From Thermococcus sp. JdFR-02 (GTDB lineage: Archaea; Methanobacteriota_B; Thermococci; Thermococcales; Thermococcaceae), in NCBI GenBank assembly GCA_002009975.1, contig MTLP01000006.1, forward strand, positions 1 to 46,379: DNA of 46,379 bases. The letters run 5' to 3'. The translations under genes and the position numbers were made by a program. This document shows, one piece after another, positions 10,525 through 19,818 of the stretch; position 1 is the stretch's first letter, and every line of letters begins with the position of its first letter. Under the pieces are notes generated by a model, which was given only the letters and a program-made list of their open reading frames with translations, was not told where the DNA came from and did not search any database.

Positions 10525-11811
10525 ATGGAGAGTGAATATGCAATAACTCCCGTAAAGAGAGAAGCAAAAGTTTTTGCGTTCTGGGAGTTATTTGCAATTT
10601 GGTTTGGTGCGGGGATAAGCATTGCCGAATTTTGGGCTGGTTCTCTGCTAACACCAGCATTACCTCTATTGACAGCAATTATAATTATAATAATTGGACA
10701 TTTAATTGGAAACTTCATAATGGGACTAATTGCGATAGAGGGTGAGGAAACAGGGTTACCCACAATGGTTCTCTCAAGAGGAGCTTTGGGAATAAAAGGC
10801 TCAATTCTACCGTCATTACTTAACTATCTACAATTAATAGGCTGGACTGCAATAATGCTCATAGTAGGAGCAAACGCTATGAATACCGTGTCAAGCACTC
10901 TTGGATTTGGAAACTACTATCTCTGGGTCATTTTCTTAGGAATTCTTGTAACGTTGTGGAGTTATATTGGTCCAAAGAGATGGAGAGAACTTGAAAAAGT
11001 ATCAGCCTTATTGCTATTGATCTTGAGCATTTGGCTTACATACATTACCCTACAACGCTTTTCTTTAAGTGATCTACTCTCAAAGAGCGGTACTAAAGAG
11101 ATCGGCACAATGCTCGCTTTAGATCTGGTTATTGCAATGCCCATCTCTTGGGCACCTTTAATAGCCGACTACTCAAGGTTTGCAAAAACCAAAAACTTTG
11201 CCTTCTGGGGAACTTTCATTGGCTATTTCATATCCAGTTCGCTCTTTTACTTCGTTGGGGCTTTAACAAACATGGCAGTAGGAGAAGTTGATCCAATAGG
11301 AATAATAGCTTCTTATGGGATTGGAATTCCAGCTATGCTTATAATAATGTTCTCAACAACAACCACCACATTCTTAGATGTTTACTCCGCTGCAATAACT
11401 TATAAGAACGTTTCACCAAAGGCAAATGCAAGAAGGCAAATTCTATTGGTCGGAGCCTTAGGAATAATATTAGCTTTAGTATTCCCAATGGAGCAATATG
11501 AGAGCTTTCTCTTACTCATTGGAGGGGCATTCGTTTCATTAACAGCCATAATGATCACAGATTACTTCATCGTAAAGAAGGGATACAACGTAAAAGAGCT
11601 TTTTGATGAGAATGGGAAGCTTAAAGGTTATAATACCAAAGCAATGCTGATATGGGCTTTAGGTTTTATTTTCTACATGGGTTTAGCTTTGGAGGGTCTC
11701 TTTGGAATTCATGTGCCAATTTTAAGTACTATTGGCTTTAGTTTTGGTTCCACTATACCCACATTAATTTTAGTCGGAGCACTGTACTATGCATTGGGGG
11801 TGAGAAAATGA
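10525..11811 (+). CDS. cytX: NCS1-family hydroxymethylpyrimidine transporter CytX
   Basis: About 12 TM helices, WFGAGISIAE and SWAPLIADYSRF motifs; stop overlaps thiD start (ATGA). Confidence 0.82.
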   Translation: MESEYAITPVKREAKVFAFWELFAIWFGAGISIAEFWAGSLLTPALPLLTAIIIIIIGHLIGNFIMGLIAIEGEETGLPTMVLSRGALGIKGSILPSLLNYLQLIGWTAIMLIVGANAMNTVSSTLGFGNYYLWVIFLGILVTLWSYIGPKRWRELEKVSALLLLILSIWLTYITLQRFSLSDLLSKSGTKEIGTMLALDLVIAMPISWAPLIADYSRFAKTKNFAFWGTFIGYFISSSLFYFVGALTNMAVGEVDPIGIIASYGIGIPAMLIIMFSTTTTTFLDVYSAAITYKNVSPKANARRQILLVGALGIILALVFPMEQYESFLLLIGGAFVSLTAIMITDYFIVKKGYNVKELFDENGKLKGYNTKAMLIWALGFIFYMGLALEGLFGIHVPILSTIGFSFGSTIPTLILVGALYYALGVRK

Positions 11812-13070
11812 AGCCAATTAGGACTGCTTTAACAATAGCTGGGAGTGATAGTGGGGGAGGAGCGGGAATTGAAGCAGATCTAAAGACTTTCTCCTCCTTT
11901 GGAGTTCATGGTCTGGTTGCAATAACTTCAGTCACAGCTCAAAACACCCAAGAGGTTAGGGCAATTTATGACATTTCCCCAGAAGTCGTTTCAAAGCAAA
12001 TTGAAGCTGTAGCGGATGATATAGGTGTTGATGCAGCCAAAACTGGAATGTTAAGCAATGCCCATATAATTGAAGCAGTTGCAAAGACGGTTAAAAAATA
12101 TGATTTTCCGTTGGTTGTCGATCCTGTCATGATTGCAAAGAGTGGAGCACCTCTTTTAAGAGAAGATGCTGTAAATGCTCTAATTGAAAAAATAATTCCT
12201 CTTGCGACTTTAGTTACACCAAACAAGTCCGAAGCTGAAAAATTGAGTGGAATAAAAATAGGAAATATTGAAGATGCAAAAAAAGCCGCTAAGATCATAG
12301 TTGAAGAGTTCGGAGCTAAAGGGGCAATAGTTAAGGGTGGGCACTTGGGATTGGATCAGGCGATAGATATTTTATACTATGATGGCAAGTTCAAAGAATA
12401 TAAAGCCCCTTTCGTTAATGGTTGTACCCATGGAACTGGTTGCTCTTTTTCAGCTGCTATCACAGCAAATTTAGCTAAGGGAAAAAGCTTGGAAGAGGCT
12501 GTAAAGATAGCAAAGAAGTTCATAACTATGGGCATTTATTATGGGGCAAGAATTGGAAAAGGTCATTGCCCAGTAAATCAAAACGCTTGGATCGAGATTC
12601 CAGCCGAAAAATGGCGCATTTATGAAGAGCTAAGCAAAGCCGTTAGAAAACTTGAAAGCTTAGGAGAAAAACTCTTATCCTATGTTCCAGAAGATGGTAT
12701 TAACTTCGTGTATTCTTTACCAAAGCTGTACGCTAAAACCCCCAAAGACGTTGCGGGAGTGTATGGAGGAATTGTCAAGTTTGGAAACACAGTAAAACCT
12801 ATTGGCTGGATATATTTTGGGGCTTCAGAGCATTTAGCTGAAGTTGTTTTAAAAATCATGAAGCTTTGTCCAGAAGTTAGGAGTGCTTTAAGCATTAAAT
12901 ACAATGAAGAAATCATAGAAAAAGCTCAAAAACTTAATTTTAGAGTTTCAGAATCTACAACAGAGAGCTTGAGAGAAAAACCTGATATAATTTGCTTTAG
13001 AGAAAGGGTCCTAATTTTTGGAGAAAACCCAAAAAATGTGCTGAGAAAATTAAAGGCTTTAATTCTCTAA
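11808..13070 (+). CDS. thiD: HMP/HMP-P kinase ThiD fused to a degenerate ThiN-like domain
   Basis: IAGSDSGGGAGIEADLKT, DPVM, TPNKSE and THGTGC motifs. C-terminal ~150 aa resemble ThiN (FGASEH) but are shortened. Confidence 0.9.
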   Translation: MKPIRTALTIAGSDSGGGAGIEADLKTFSSFGVHGLVAITSVTAQNTQEVRAIYDISPEVVSKQIEAVADDIGVDAAKTGMLSNAHIIEAVAKTVKKYDFPLVVDPVMIAKSGAPLLREDAVNALIEKIIPLATLVTPNKSEAEKLSGIKIGNIEDAKKAAKIIVEEFGAKGAIVKGGHLGLDQAIDILYYDGKFKEYKAPFVNGCTHGTGCSFSAAITANLAKGKSLEEAVKIAKKFITMGIYYGARIGKGHCPVNQNAWIEIPAEKWRIYEELSKAVRKLESLGEKLLSYVPEDGINFVYSLPKLYAKTPKDVAGVYGGIVKFGNTVKPIGWIYFGASEHLAEVVLKIMKLCPEVRSALSIKYNEEIIEKAQKLNFRVSESTTESLREKPDIICFRERVLIFGENPKNVLRKLKALIL

Positions 13071-13522
13071 ATCCTCCTAGCATAACTTTTTCTTTTAACT
13101 ACTCTCCCATTTTCAAATTTGTATACATCAACCCTTTCAAATCCAAGGGTTTCTCTCTTATATGCAACCAAATAGTCAATTAATTCTCTAACTCCATATC
13201 GAGTTATGGAATCCTTAACATACTTTTCCTCATAAATTAAGATCAATCTATCCTTATTCTCTCTTATCCAATTGTAAAGTTTCGCCCTTTCAGCTTTTGG
13301 TCTTGAGAGGAGGTTCACGATCAAATACCCATCAAAACTAAATGTTTCATTAACTTCACCGACAAAAACTTGTTCAGGGTAATTAACATCGAAGGGTAAT
13401 GCTTCAGCTAAGAAAGTTAAACCTTTTGAAAGCCAAGAGTTCATAAATATTTTACCAAGCTTTTTAGCATCCCCAGTTAGTAAAACAACCCCTCTATTAA
13501 GGAGTATTATGTCTTTAAGCAT
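13067..13522 (-). CDS. Hypothetical protein
   Basis: 151-aa ORF with ATG, a G-rich RBS-like stretch and normal codon usage; no clear motif. Confidence 0.7.
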   Translation of the reverse strand: MLKDIILLNRGVVLLTGDAKKLGKIFMNSWLSKGLTFLAEALPFDVNYPEQVFVGEVNETFSFDGYLIVNLLSRPKAERAKLYNWIRENKDRLILIYEEKYVKDSITRYGVRELIDYLVAYKRETLGFERVDVYKFENGRVVKRKSYARRI

Positions 13523-13677
13523 TTTTCAACCCCCACATCTTTTAAACATCCATAACTTAAAAATTATTTTGAGTAGACATTAGTTTTAAAAAGGCTTTTC
13601 ATTTTGCATGACCATAAGATATATATTTAAAGCGACACACTTTTATGCTTGAGAAATACTTTCAGAGGTGTTAGTAA

Positions 13678-14937
13678 ATGAAGAAGTCAATGTTTGCATT
13701 GTTTTTAATTGGGGTTTTGGCATTTAGCGTGGTTGCAAGCGGCTGTATTGGAGGAGAAAAGGAAACAGAGACAAAAACTGAATATGCTGGTAAAATAGCA
13801 ATAGTTTACGACGTTGGTGGAAGAGGTGACCTAAGTTTCAACGACATGGCTTACTTAGGTGCCTCAAAGGCTGCAAAAGACTTTAATTTAGAACTCAAAG
13901 AAGTTCAAAGCAAGCAAGAAAGTGACTACTTACCAAACTTGAGAAGCTTAGCCAAGAGTGGAGAATACACCATAATCATTGCTGTTGGTTTTATGATGAC
14001 AGATGCTATAAAACAAGTTGCCGACGAGTTCCCTGATCAAAAGTTCGCTATCATTGATGGATATGTTCCAGATAAGCCAAACGTTATGAGCATTCTCTTT
14101 AAGGAAAATGAGGGTTCTGCATTAATTGGTGCTTTGGCTGGACTTATAGCAGCCAATGATGGAAAAGACACAGTTGGTGTAGTCTTAGGTATTGAAATTC
14201 CAGTCCTCTACAAGTTCGAGGGTGGTTACAGATTTGGTGTAGCTTGGGCTGAAGACTACTACAAGCAAAAAGAAGGAAAAGATGTTGACATTCAAATCCT
14301 CTACACATACACAGGTTCATTTACAGATCCAGCAAAGGGTAAGACAGCAGCACAAGCCCAACTTGGTCAAGGCGCATGGGTGATTTACCAAGTCGCTGGT
14401 GCTGTTGGTTTGGGTGTCTTTGATGCTATTAGTGAATACCTACAAAGCCAAGGAAAAGAGTTTGGACCACCATTTGCAGTTGGTGTTGATTCAGCTCAAG
14501 ACTGGATCAAGCCAGGTGTTATAATAGCCTCAATGATGAAGAGAGTTGACGTCGGTGTTTACAAAGCCGTTGAAGCAGCTGTCAAGGGAACATTCAAAGG
14601 AGGAATAGTAGAATTAGGTCTCGCAGACGGTGGTGTCGGAGTAAGCACAATTGAGGACATAAAGGAAATGTTAGAGTCACTCCCAGAGGACGTTAGAGCT
14701 AAGAAGCTTGAGGAAATTGGAGTTGCAAGTGAAGAAGAATTGCTCAAGAAGATTGAGGAGACAAGAAAGCAAGTACCAGATTGGGTCTGGGATGCTGTAA
14801 AAGAGCTTGAAGAAAAGATCAAGAGCGGAGAAGTCAAGGTTCCAAAAGCCTTCAATAAAGATGAGATTGAAGCAATAAGAAAGGCTAAAGACTGGAAAGA
14901 AATGATGAAACTTGCAGAAGAATGGGAGAGTGAGTAA
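13678..14937 (+). CDS. BMP-family lipoprotein, nucleoside ABC transporter substrate-binding protein
   Basis: Lipobox VVASGC; GGRGDLSFN, GVDSAQD and SMMKRVD motifs. Confidence 0.9.
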   Translation: MKKSMFALFLIGVLAFSVVASGCIGGEKETETKTEYAGKIAIVYDVGGRGDLSFNDMAYLGASKAAKDFNLELKEVQSKQESDYLPNLRSLAKSGEYTIIIAVGFMMTDAIKQVADEFPDQKFAIIDGYVPDKPNVMSILFKENEGSALIGALAGLIAANDGKDTVGVVLGIEIPVLYKFEGGYRFGVAWAEDYYKQKEGKDVDIQILYTYTGSFTDPAKGKTAAQAQLGQGAWVIYQVAGAVGLGVFDAISEYLQSQGKEFGPPFAVGVDSAQDWIKPGVIIASMMKRVDVGVYKAVEAAVKGTFKGGIVELGLADGGVGVSTIEDIKEMLESLPEDVRAKKLEEIGVASEEELLKKIEETRKQVPDWVWDAVKELEEKIKSGEVKVPKAFNKDEIEAIRKAKDWKEMMKLAEEWESE

Positions 14938-14962
14938 TTCCTTCTTTTTTCTTTTCAATTTT
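14938..14962 (+). terminator. T-rich intra-operon terminator/attenuator after the binding-protein gene
   Basis: TTCCTTCTTTTTTCTTTTCAATTTT immediately follows the stop codon. Confidence 0.5.
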
Positions 14963-14974
14963 GGAGGTGGACTT

Positions 14975-16504
14975 ATGGAAGAAGTTCCAATCATCAAAAT
15001 GAAAGGAATAGTTAAAATTTATTCAGACGGTACAAAAGCCTTGAAAGGTGTAGATTTTTCTGTAAAAAAAGGAGAGATTCACGGTCTTTTAGGTGAGAAT
15101 GGTGCGGGTAAGACTACTTTGATGAAGATACTTTCTGGTATGCTTCATCCTACTGAGGGTAAAATCTATGTTAATGGTAGTGAGGTAACTTTTAAGAGTC
15201 CAGCTGATGCTTTGGCTAAAGGTATTGGTATGGTTCATCAACATTTCACTTTAGTCGATGTTTTTGATGCCTTGCATAATATCATCCTCGGAATGGAAGG
15301 TCATGGAGCTTTCTCTAAGATAGATGTTGAGAGAGCTAAGGAGAAGCTCCAAAAGCTGATGGATGAACTAAACTTCCAAGTTCCCTTAGAGGTTCCAGTC
15401 GAGAACCTTCCTGTTGGAGTTCAGCAGAGAATTGAGATTTTAAAGATGCTCTATAGAGACGTTGATGTTTTAATCTTGGACGAGCCAACCGCTGTTCTGA
15501 CACCAATAGAGGTTAAAGAGCTTTTTGATGTCCTAAGAACGCTGAAAAATCAAGGAAAGACAATAATATTCATAAGCCACAAGTTAAGGGAAGTGATGGA
15601 AATAACAGATAGAGTTACGGTTCTTAGAAAAGGTGAACTCATTGGAACTGTAAATACAAGTGAAGCAACACCTCAGCTTTTAGCAAGGATGATGGTTGGT
15701 AGAGATGTCGTTTTGAGGGTTGAAAAGCCACCAAAGGTTCCTGGAGAACCAATCTTAAAAGTTGAGGACTTGTGGGTTAAAGGAGATAGGGGAGAAGATG
15801 CAGTTAAAGGATTAAGCTTTGAAGTTAGAGCTGGGGAAATCTTTGGAATTGCTGGTGTTGAAGGCAATGGACAAACGGAGTTAATTGAGGCAATAACAGG
15901 ATTACGAAAAGTTGAAAAGGGTAAAATAATCCTAAATGGCAAGGTCATAACAACAAAATCACCAAAGGATCTATATAATCTTGGAGTCGCTCACATTCCA
16001 GAGGATAGAATAAATATGGGACTTATATTAGAGATGAGTGTTGCTGAGAATACTATTCTTGGTCTTCATTGGAGAGAAAAGTTCGTAGGACCATTAAACT
16101 CAATTAGATGGAAGAACGTTAAGGAGCACGCAAAAAGATTAGTGGAAAACTTTGAGATTGTTGCACCAGGTGTTGACAGCCCAGCAAAGAGCTTAAGTGG
16201 TGGAAATCAACAAAAGCTAATCGTTGCAAGAGAAGTAAGCAAGGAGCCTCTTTTGATAGTTGCATCACAGCCAACAAGGGGAGTTGATGTTGCATCAACT
16301 GAATACATAAGAAACTATCTCATAAAGCTTAGAAACGAGGATAAAGCGGTTCTTTTGGTCTCAGCTGACTTAGATGAGGTGTTACAGCTAAGCGATAGAA
16401 TGGCAATCATGTATGAAGGACAATTTGTTGGTATTGTTAAGCCCGAAGAAGTTACAGAGGAGCAAATTGGACTAATGATGGGAGGTATCAAAGATGAAAA
16501 TTGA
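14975..16504 (+). CDS. CUT2-type (nucleoside) ABC transporter ATP-binding protein with tandem domains
   Basis: GENGAGKTT, LILDEPT and LSGGNQQK motifs. True start is ATG 14975 after GGAGGTGG. Confidence 0.92.
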   Translation: MEEVPIIKMKGIVKIYSDGTKALKGVDFSVKKGEIHGLLGENGAGKTTLMKILSGMLHPTEGKIYVNGSEVTFKSPADALAKGIGMVHQHFTLVDVFDALHNIILGMEGHGAFSKIDVERAKEKLQKLMDELNFQVPLEVPVENLPVGVQQRIEILKMLYRDVDVLILDEPTAVLTPIEVKELFDVLRTLKNQGKTIIFISHKLREVMEITDRVTVLRKGELIGTVNTSEATPQLLARMMVGRDVVLRVEKPPKVPGEPILKVEDLWVKGDRGEDAVKGLSFEVRAGEIFGIAGVEGNGQTELIEAITGLRKVEKGKIILNGKVITTKSPKDLYNLGVAHIPEDRINMGLILEMSVAENTILGLHWREKFVGPLNSIRWKNVKEHAKRLVENFEIVAPGVDSPAKSLSGGNQQKLIVAREVSKEPLLIVASQPTRGVDVASTEYIRNYLIKLRNEDKAVLLVSADLDEVLQLSDRMAIMYEGQFVGIVKPEEVTEEQIGLMMGGIKDEN

Positions 16505-17519
16505 TACTCTTGTAAAACCACTTATGGAGAGTATAGTTGCAATAACGATAGGAGTCTTAATAGGTGCAATTGTGCTTACATTCTCTGGCTTTAGCCCAAT
16601 AGAAGCCTACAAAGCACTTTTAGATGGAGCATTGGGTTCTACCTATGGAATTGCAATGACGTTAAGCTCTGCAACACCTATAATCCTCACTGCCCTAACT
16701 TTCGCTATAAGTGCAAGAACTGGAATATTTAACATAGGTGCAGAAGGAACAGTTTACTTTGGTGCAATAGCGGCTATAATTTTAACTAACGTAGTCGGGA
16801 ATCCATTGGTTGGTCTATTAGGTGGAATCCTCTTAGGAGCGCTATGGTCACTCCCTGCTGCATTCTTAAAGGTCTATAGAGGTGTTCACGAGGTTATATC
16901 AACAATAATGTTCAACTGGATAGCCTTTTATACAGTTCTTTACTTTGTTTTAGGACCTTTGGCTAATCCAAATGATCCAAATAAGACGATAGAAATACCA
17001 ACAAGTGCGCGATTACCCCTTTTAATGAAAGGAAGTGAGTTATCTTGGGCATTTATAATAGCGATTTTAGCAGCAGTAATAAGTTACTACATTTTATGGC
17101 ACACGGTGTTAGGTTATGAACTCAGAGCAAGTGGGTACAATGAGAGAGCGGCAAGATATGCTGGAATAAATCCAAAGAGAGCAATAATATGGTCTTTTAT
17201 CTTGGGCGGATTAATGAGCGGTCTTGCTGGTGCAACTGAAGTAATGGGGAGACCTCCAAGCTATGCAATAAGCCAAGGAATGGCAAACATTCATGGCTAT
17301 GGTTTCGATGGAATTGGAGTCTCATTAGTTGGAAGAAACCATCCCATAGGAATAATATTCAGTGGCATATTCTTTGGTATCTTAAAGGCTGGAGCAACGG
17401 CAATGCAAATTGAAGCTGGTGTTCCTTTAGAGATGGTAAAAGTAGTTCAAGGAATAATCGTTGTAGCAGTTGCAGTTCCGGGATTGTGGGATTTAATTAA
17501 GAAGGTGGTGAGAAGATGA
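16494..17519 (+). CDS. Nucleoside ABC transporter permease
   Basis: FNIGAEG, GYELRASG and GFDGI motifs; hydrophobic. Confidence 0.9.
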   Translation: MKIDTLVKPLMESIVAITIGVLIGAIVLTFSGFSPIEAYKALLDGALGSTYGIAMTLSSATPIILTALTFAISARTGIFNIGAEGTVYFGAIAAIILTNVVGNPLVGLLGGILLGALWSLPAAFLKVYRGVHEVISTIMFNWIAFYTVLYFVLGPLANPNDPNKTIEIPTSARLPLLMKGSELSWAFIIAILAAVISYYILWHTVLGYELRASGYNERAARYAGINPKRAIIWSFILGGLMSGLAGATEVMGRPPSYAISQGMANIHGYGFDGIGVSLVGRNHPIGIIFSGIFFGILKAGATAMQIEAGVPLEMVKVVQGIIVVAVAVPGLWDLIKKVVRR

Positions 17520-18427
17520 ATGCCCTTGACATGATAATCTTCAATTTAATCGGTGCATTTACAGCAATGGTTCCATTAGTCCTAACGAGCGTAGGTGCAG
17601 TAGTTAGTGAGAGAGCTGGAGTAGTCAACATTGGTTATGAGGGGATACTTTTAATGTCCGCATTCTTTGGTGCAGTGTTTGCTGAAATAAGCGGAAGCCC
17701 ATGGATTGGACTTTTAGGAGGAGCATTTGTTGGAATGCTCTTAGGGATGCTTCATGGAGCAATAACCGTTTACTTAAAGGGTGATCACATAATACCCGGA
17801 ATTGGTATAAACCTATTAGCCTTAGGTGTTGTTGCATTTGGAATTCCAGCTGTCTGGGGAACTGCAGGGCAACATCAAGTCCCTTCAACCGTTAGAATTT
17901 CTCCAATAATCAACACATCCTACGGCGGAATAAGTCCAATGATCCTAATAACCATAATAATAACCTTCTTGACCCATTGGGTTCTCTTTAGAACACCCTT
18001 AGGATTGAGGATAAGGTCATGTGGTGAAAACCCAGAAGCTGCTGATTCCTTAGGAATAAGCGTTGAAAAGTATAGGTTTTTAGCAACAGTGTATGGAGCA
18101 ACTCTTGCAGGTCTTGGGGGAGCTTATCTAAGCCTGGATTGGCTGGGCACAATTACAAAAGAATTATCCTCTGGAAGAGGATTCATTGCATTGGCAAACA
18201 TGGTCTTCAGTGGATGGAATCCAATAAGGGCATTAATTGGAGGATTCCTTTTCGGATTCTTCGATAACCTATCGATATGGGTTAGCACAAATCCAGGGGT
18301 ACAAAAGATAATTCCTTGGCAGTTCGTTGCAACGTTACCTTACTTAGTGACCATAATCATAGTTGCAGGAATAATCGGAAGAGCAAGACCTCCAAAGTGG
18401 GATGGAAAGCCATACAAGAGAGAATGA
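17516..18427 (+). CDS. Nucleoside ABC transporter permease
   Basis: SERAGVVNIGYEG, GENPEAAD and GRGFIALA motifs. Confidence 0.9.
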   Translation: MNALDMIIFNLIGAFTAMVPLVLTSVGAVVSERAGVVNIGYEGILLMSAFFGAVFAEISGSPWIGLLGGAFVGMLLGMLHGAITVYLKGDHIIPGIGINLLALGVVAFGIPAVWGTAGQHQVPSTVRISPIINTSYGGISPMILITIIITFLTHWVLFRTPLGLRIRSCGENPEAADSLGISVEKYRFLATVYGATLAGLGGAYLSLDWLGTITKELSSGRGFIALANMVFSGWNPIRALIGGFLFGFFDNLSIWVSTNPGVQKIIPWQFVATLPYLVTIIIVAGIIGRARPPKWDGKPYKRE

Positions 18428-19771
18428 TCAAACCTTAATCTCTTTCCATTTTCCTTTCTTAAATATCCACCAGAACATTATTGCACTCGTGAAGGTTTCT
18501 AAGGTCATTGCAATCCATGCCCCTATTACTCCAAATCCCAGAATAAAGCCTAAAACATAGGATGGAACTATTCTAAAAAGCAATTTGCTGATAGCTGTAA
18601 CATAGAGAGGGCTTTTTGTATCTCCCGCACCTCTCAAAGCCCCACCCAAAACAAATATCCATCCTAATGGGACTTCGCTTATCCCAACGATTATTAGATA
18701 TATGACAGCCAAGCGGATAACTTCCACATAATTGGGATCGCTTTTCGTTATAAAGGGCATTGCAAGGTATTTCGGAAAGAGAATAAGGATTAAACCCATA
18801 ATGCCCATAAAGATGCTCACCATCTTCAAAGCTTCATAGACAACCTTTTCTGCTTTTTCAGGATCACCTTCACCTAAGCTTTGACCAACCAAAGCTGATG
18901 TAGCAACGTTAAACCCAAAAGCTGGCATATATGCTATGCTCTCAACCCTTAAGCCAACTTGATGAGCAGCTAAAGCTATTGTTCCAAACCTTGTCACAAT
19001 GCTTATGTAAATGAAGTTGTAAAAGCTGAAGATGAAGCGTTCAACTGTTGCTGGGACTCCGATTCTCAAAATCCTCTTAACCATTTCAAAATCAAACTTG
19101 AATGTAGGTTTAAACTTCAAAATCAGAGAACCCCTAAGGAAGAGGAACATCCCAACTAAGAAGGCAATCACAATCGAAAGTCCAGAAGCTAAAGCCGCTC
19201 CCCTAACTTCCAACCTTGGAAATCCAAACTTACCAAAGATAAGGAGATAGTTTAGCATAACGTTCAATACGTTTGTCAGAATACTGAGCTTCATTGGAGT
19301 CTTTGTATCTCCCGCACCTCTCAAAGCAGCAAAAGCTGAAAAGGCTATAAAGTTAACGGGATAAAAGAGAAAGAAAATCTTAATGTAGCTGTAGCCGAGC
19401 TTTATGACCTCTTCACTAGCACCCATTAGCCTTAAAGCATCATCTCCAAGAAAAACACCAACCAACATAACTGGAATGCTCATTAAAAAAGCCAAATAAA
19501 CGCTCTGCTCGAGAACTAAATCTGCTTTTTCAAAGTCTTTAGCACCAATAAATCGTGCAACTAATGCCAAGGTTCCGGTAGAAATTGCAAACATTAAAGG
19601 CATCATGAACCATGAAAATTGTCCTCCAAGACCAACGCTTGCAATTGCTAAACTCCCTAGCTGACCTACCATTATCATATCGACTAAGTTAACGAGGGTT
19701 GATGAGATATTAGCCAAAATTGCGGGCCATGCAAGTTCCCAAAGTCTTTTCCTCAAACTGTGGTCACTCAT
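18428..19771 (-). CDS. MATE family efflux transporter
   Basis: 12 TM helices, N-terminal LAWP...D motif, RGAGDTK in both halves. Confidence 0.92.
   Translation of the reverse strand: MSDHSLRKRLWELAWPAILANISSTLVNLVDMIMVGQLGSLAIASVGLGGQFSWFMMPLMFAISTGTLALVARFIGAKDFEKADLVLEQSVYLAFLMSIPVMLVGVFLGDDALRLMGASEEVIKLGYSYIKIFFLFYPVNFIAFSAFAALRGAGDTKTPMKLSILTNVLNVMLNYLLIFGKFGFPRLEVRGAALASGLSIVIAFLVGMFLFLRGSLILKFKPTFKFDFEMVKRILRIGVPATVERFIFSFYNFIYISIVTRFGTIALAAHQVGLRVESIAYMPAFGFNVATSALVGQSLGEGDPEKAEKVVYEALKMVSIFMGIMGLILILFPKYLAMPFITKSDPNYVEVIRLAVIYLIIVGISEVPLGWIFVLGGALRGAGDTKSPLYVTAISKLLFRIVPSYVLGFILGFGVIGAWIAMTLETFTSAIMFWWIFKKGKWKEIKV
18615..19327. repeat. Exact 26-nt direct repeat inside the MATE gene (18615-18640 and 19302-19327)
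   Basis: TTTGTATCTCCCGCACCTCTCAAAGC occurs twice and encodes ALRGAGDTK in each lobe. Confidence 0.9.
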
Positions 19772-19818
19772 ACTATCTCCCTTAGATGCTTATCTAAACG
19801 GTAAAAGTAGAATAGAAG

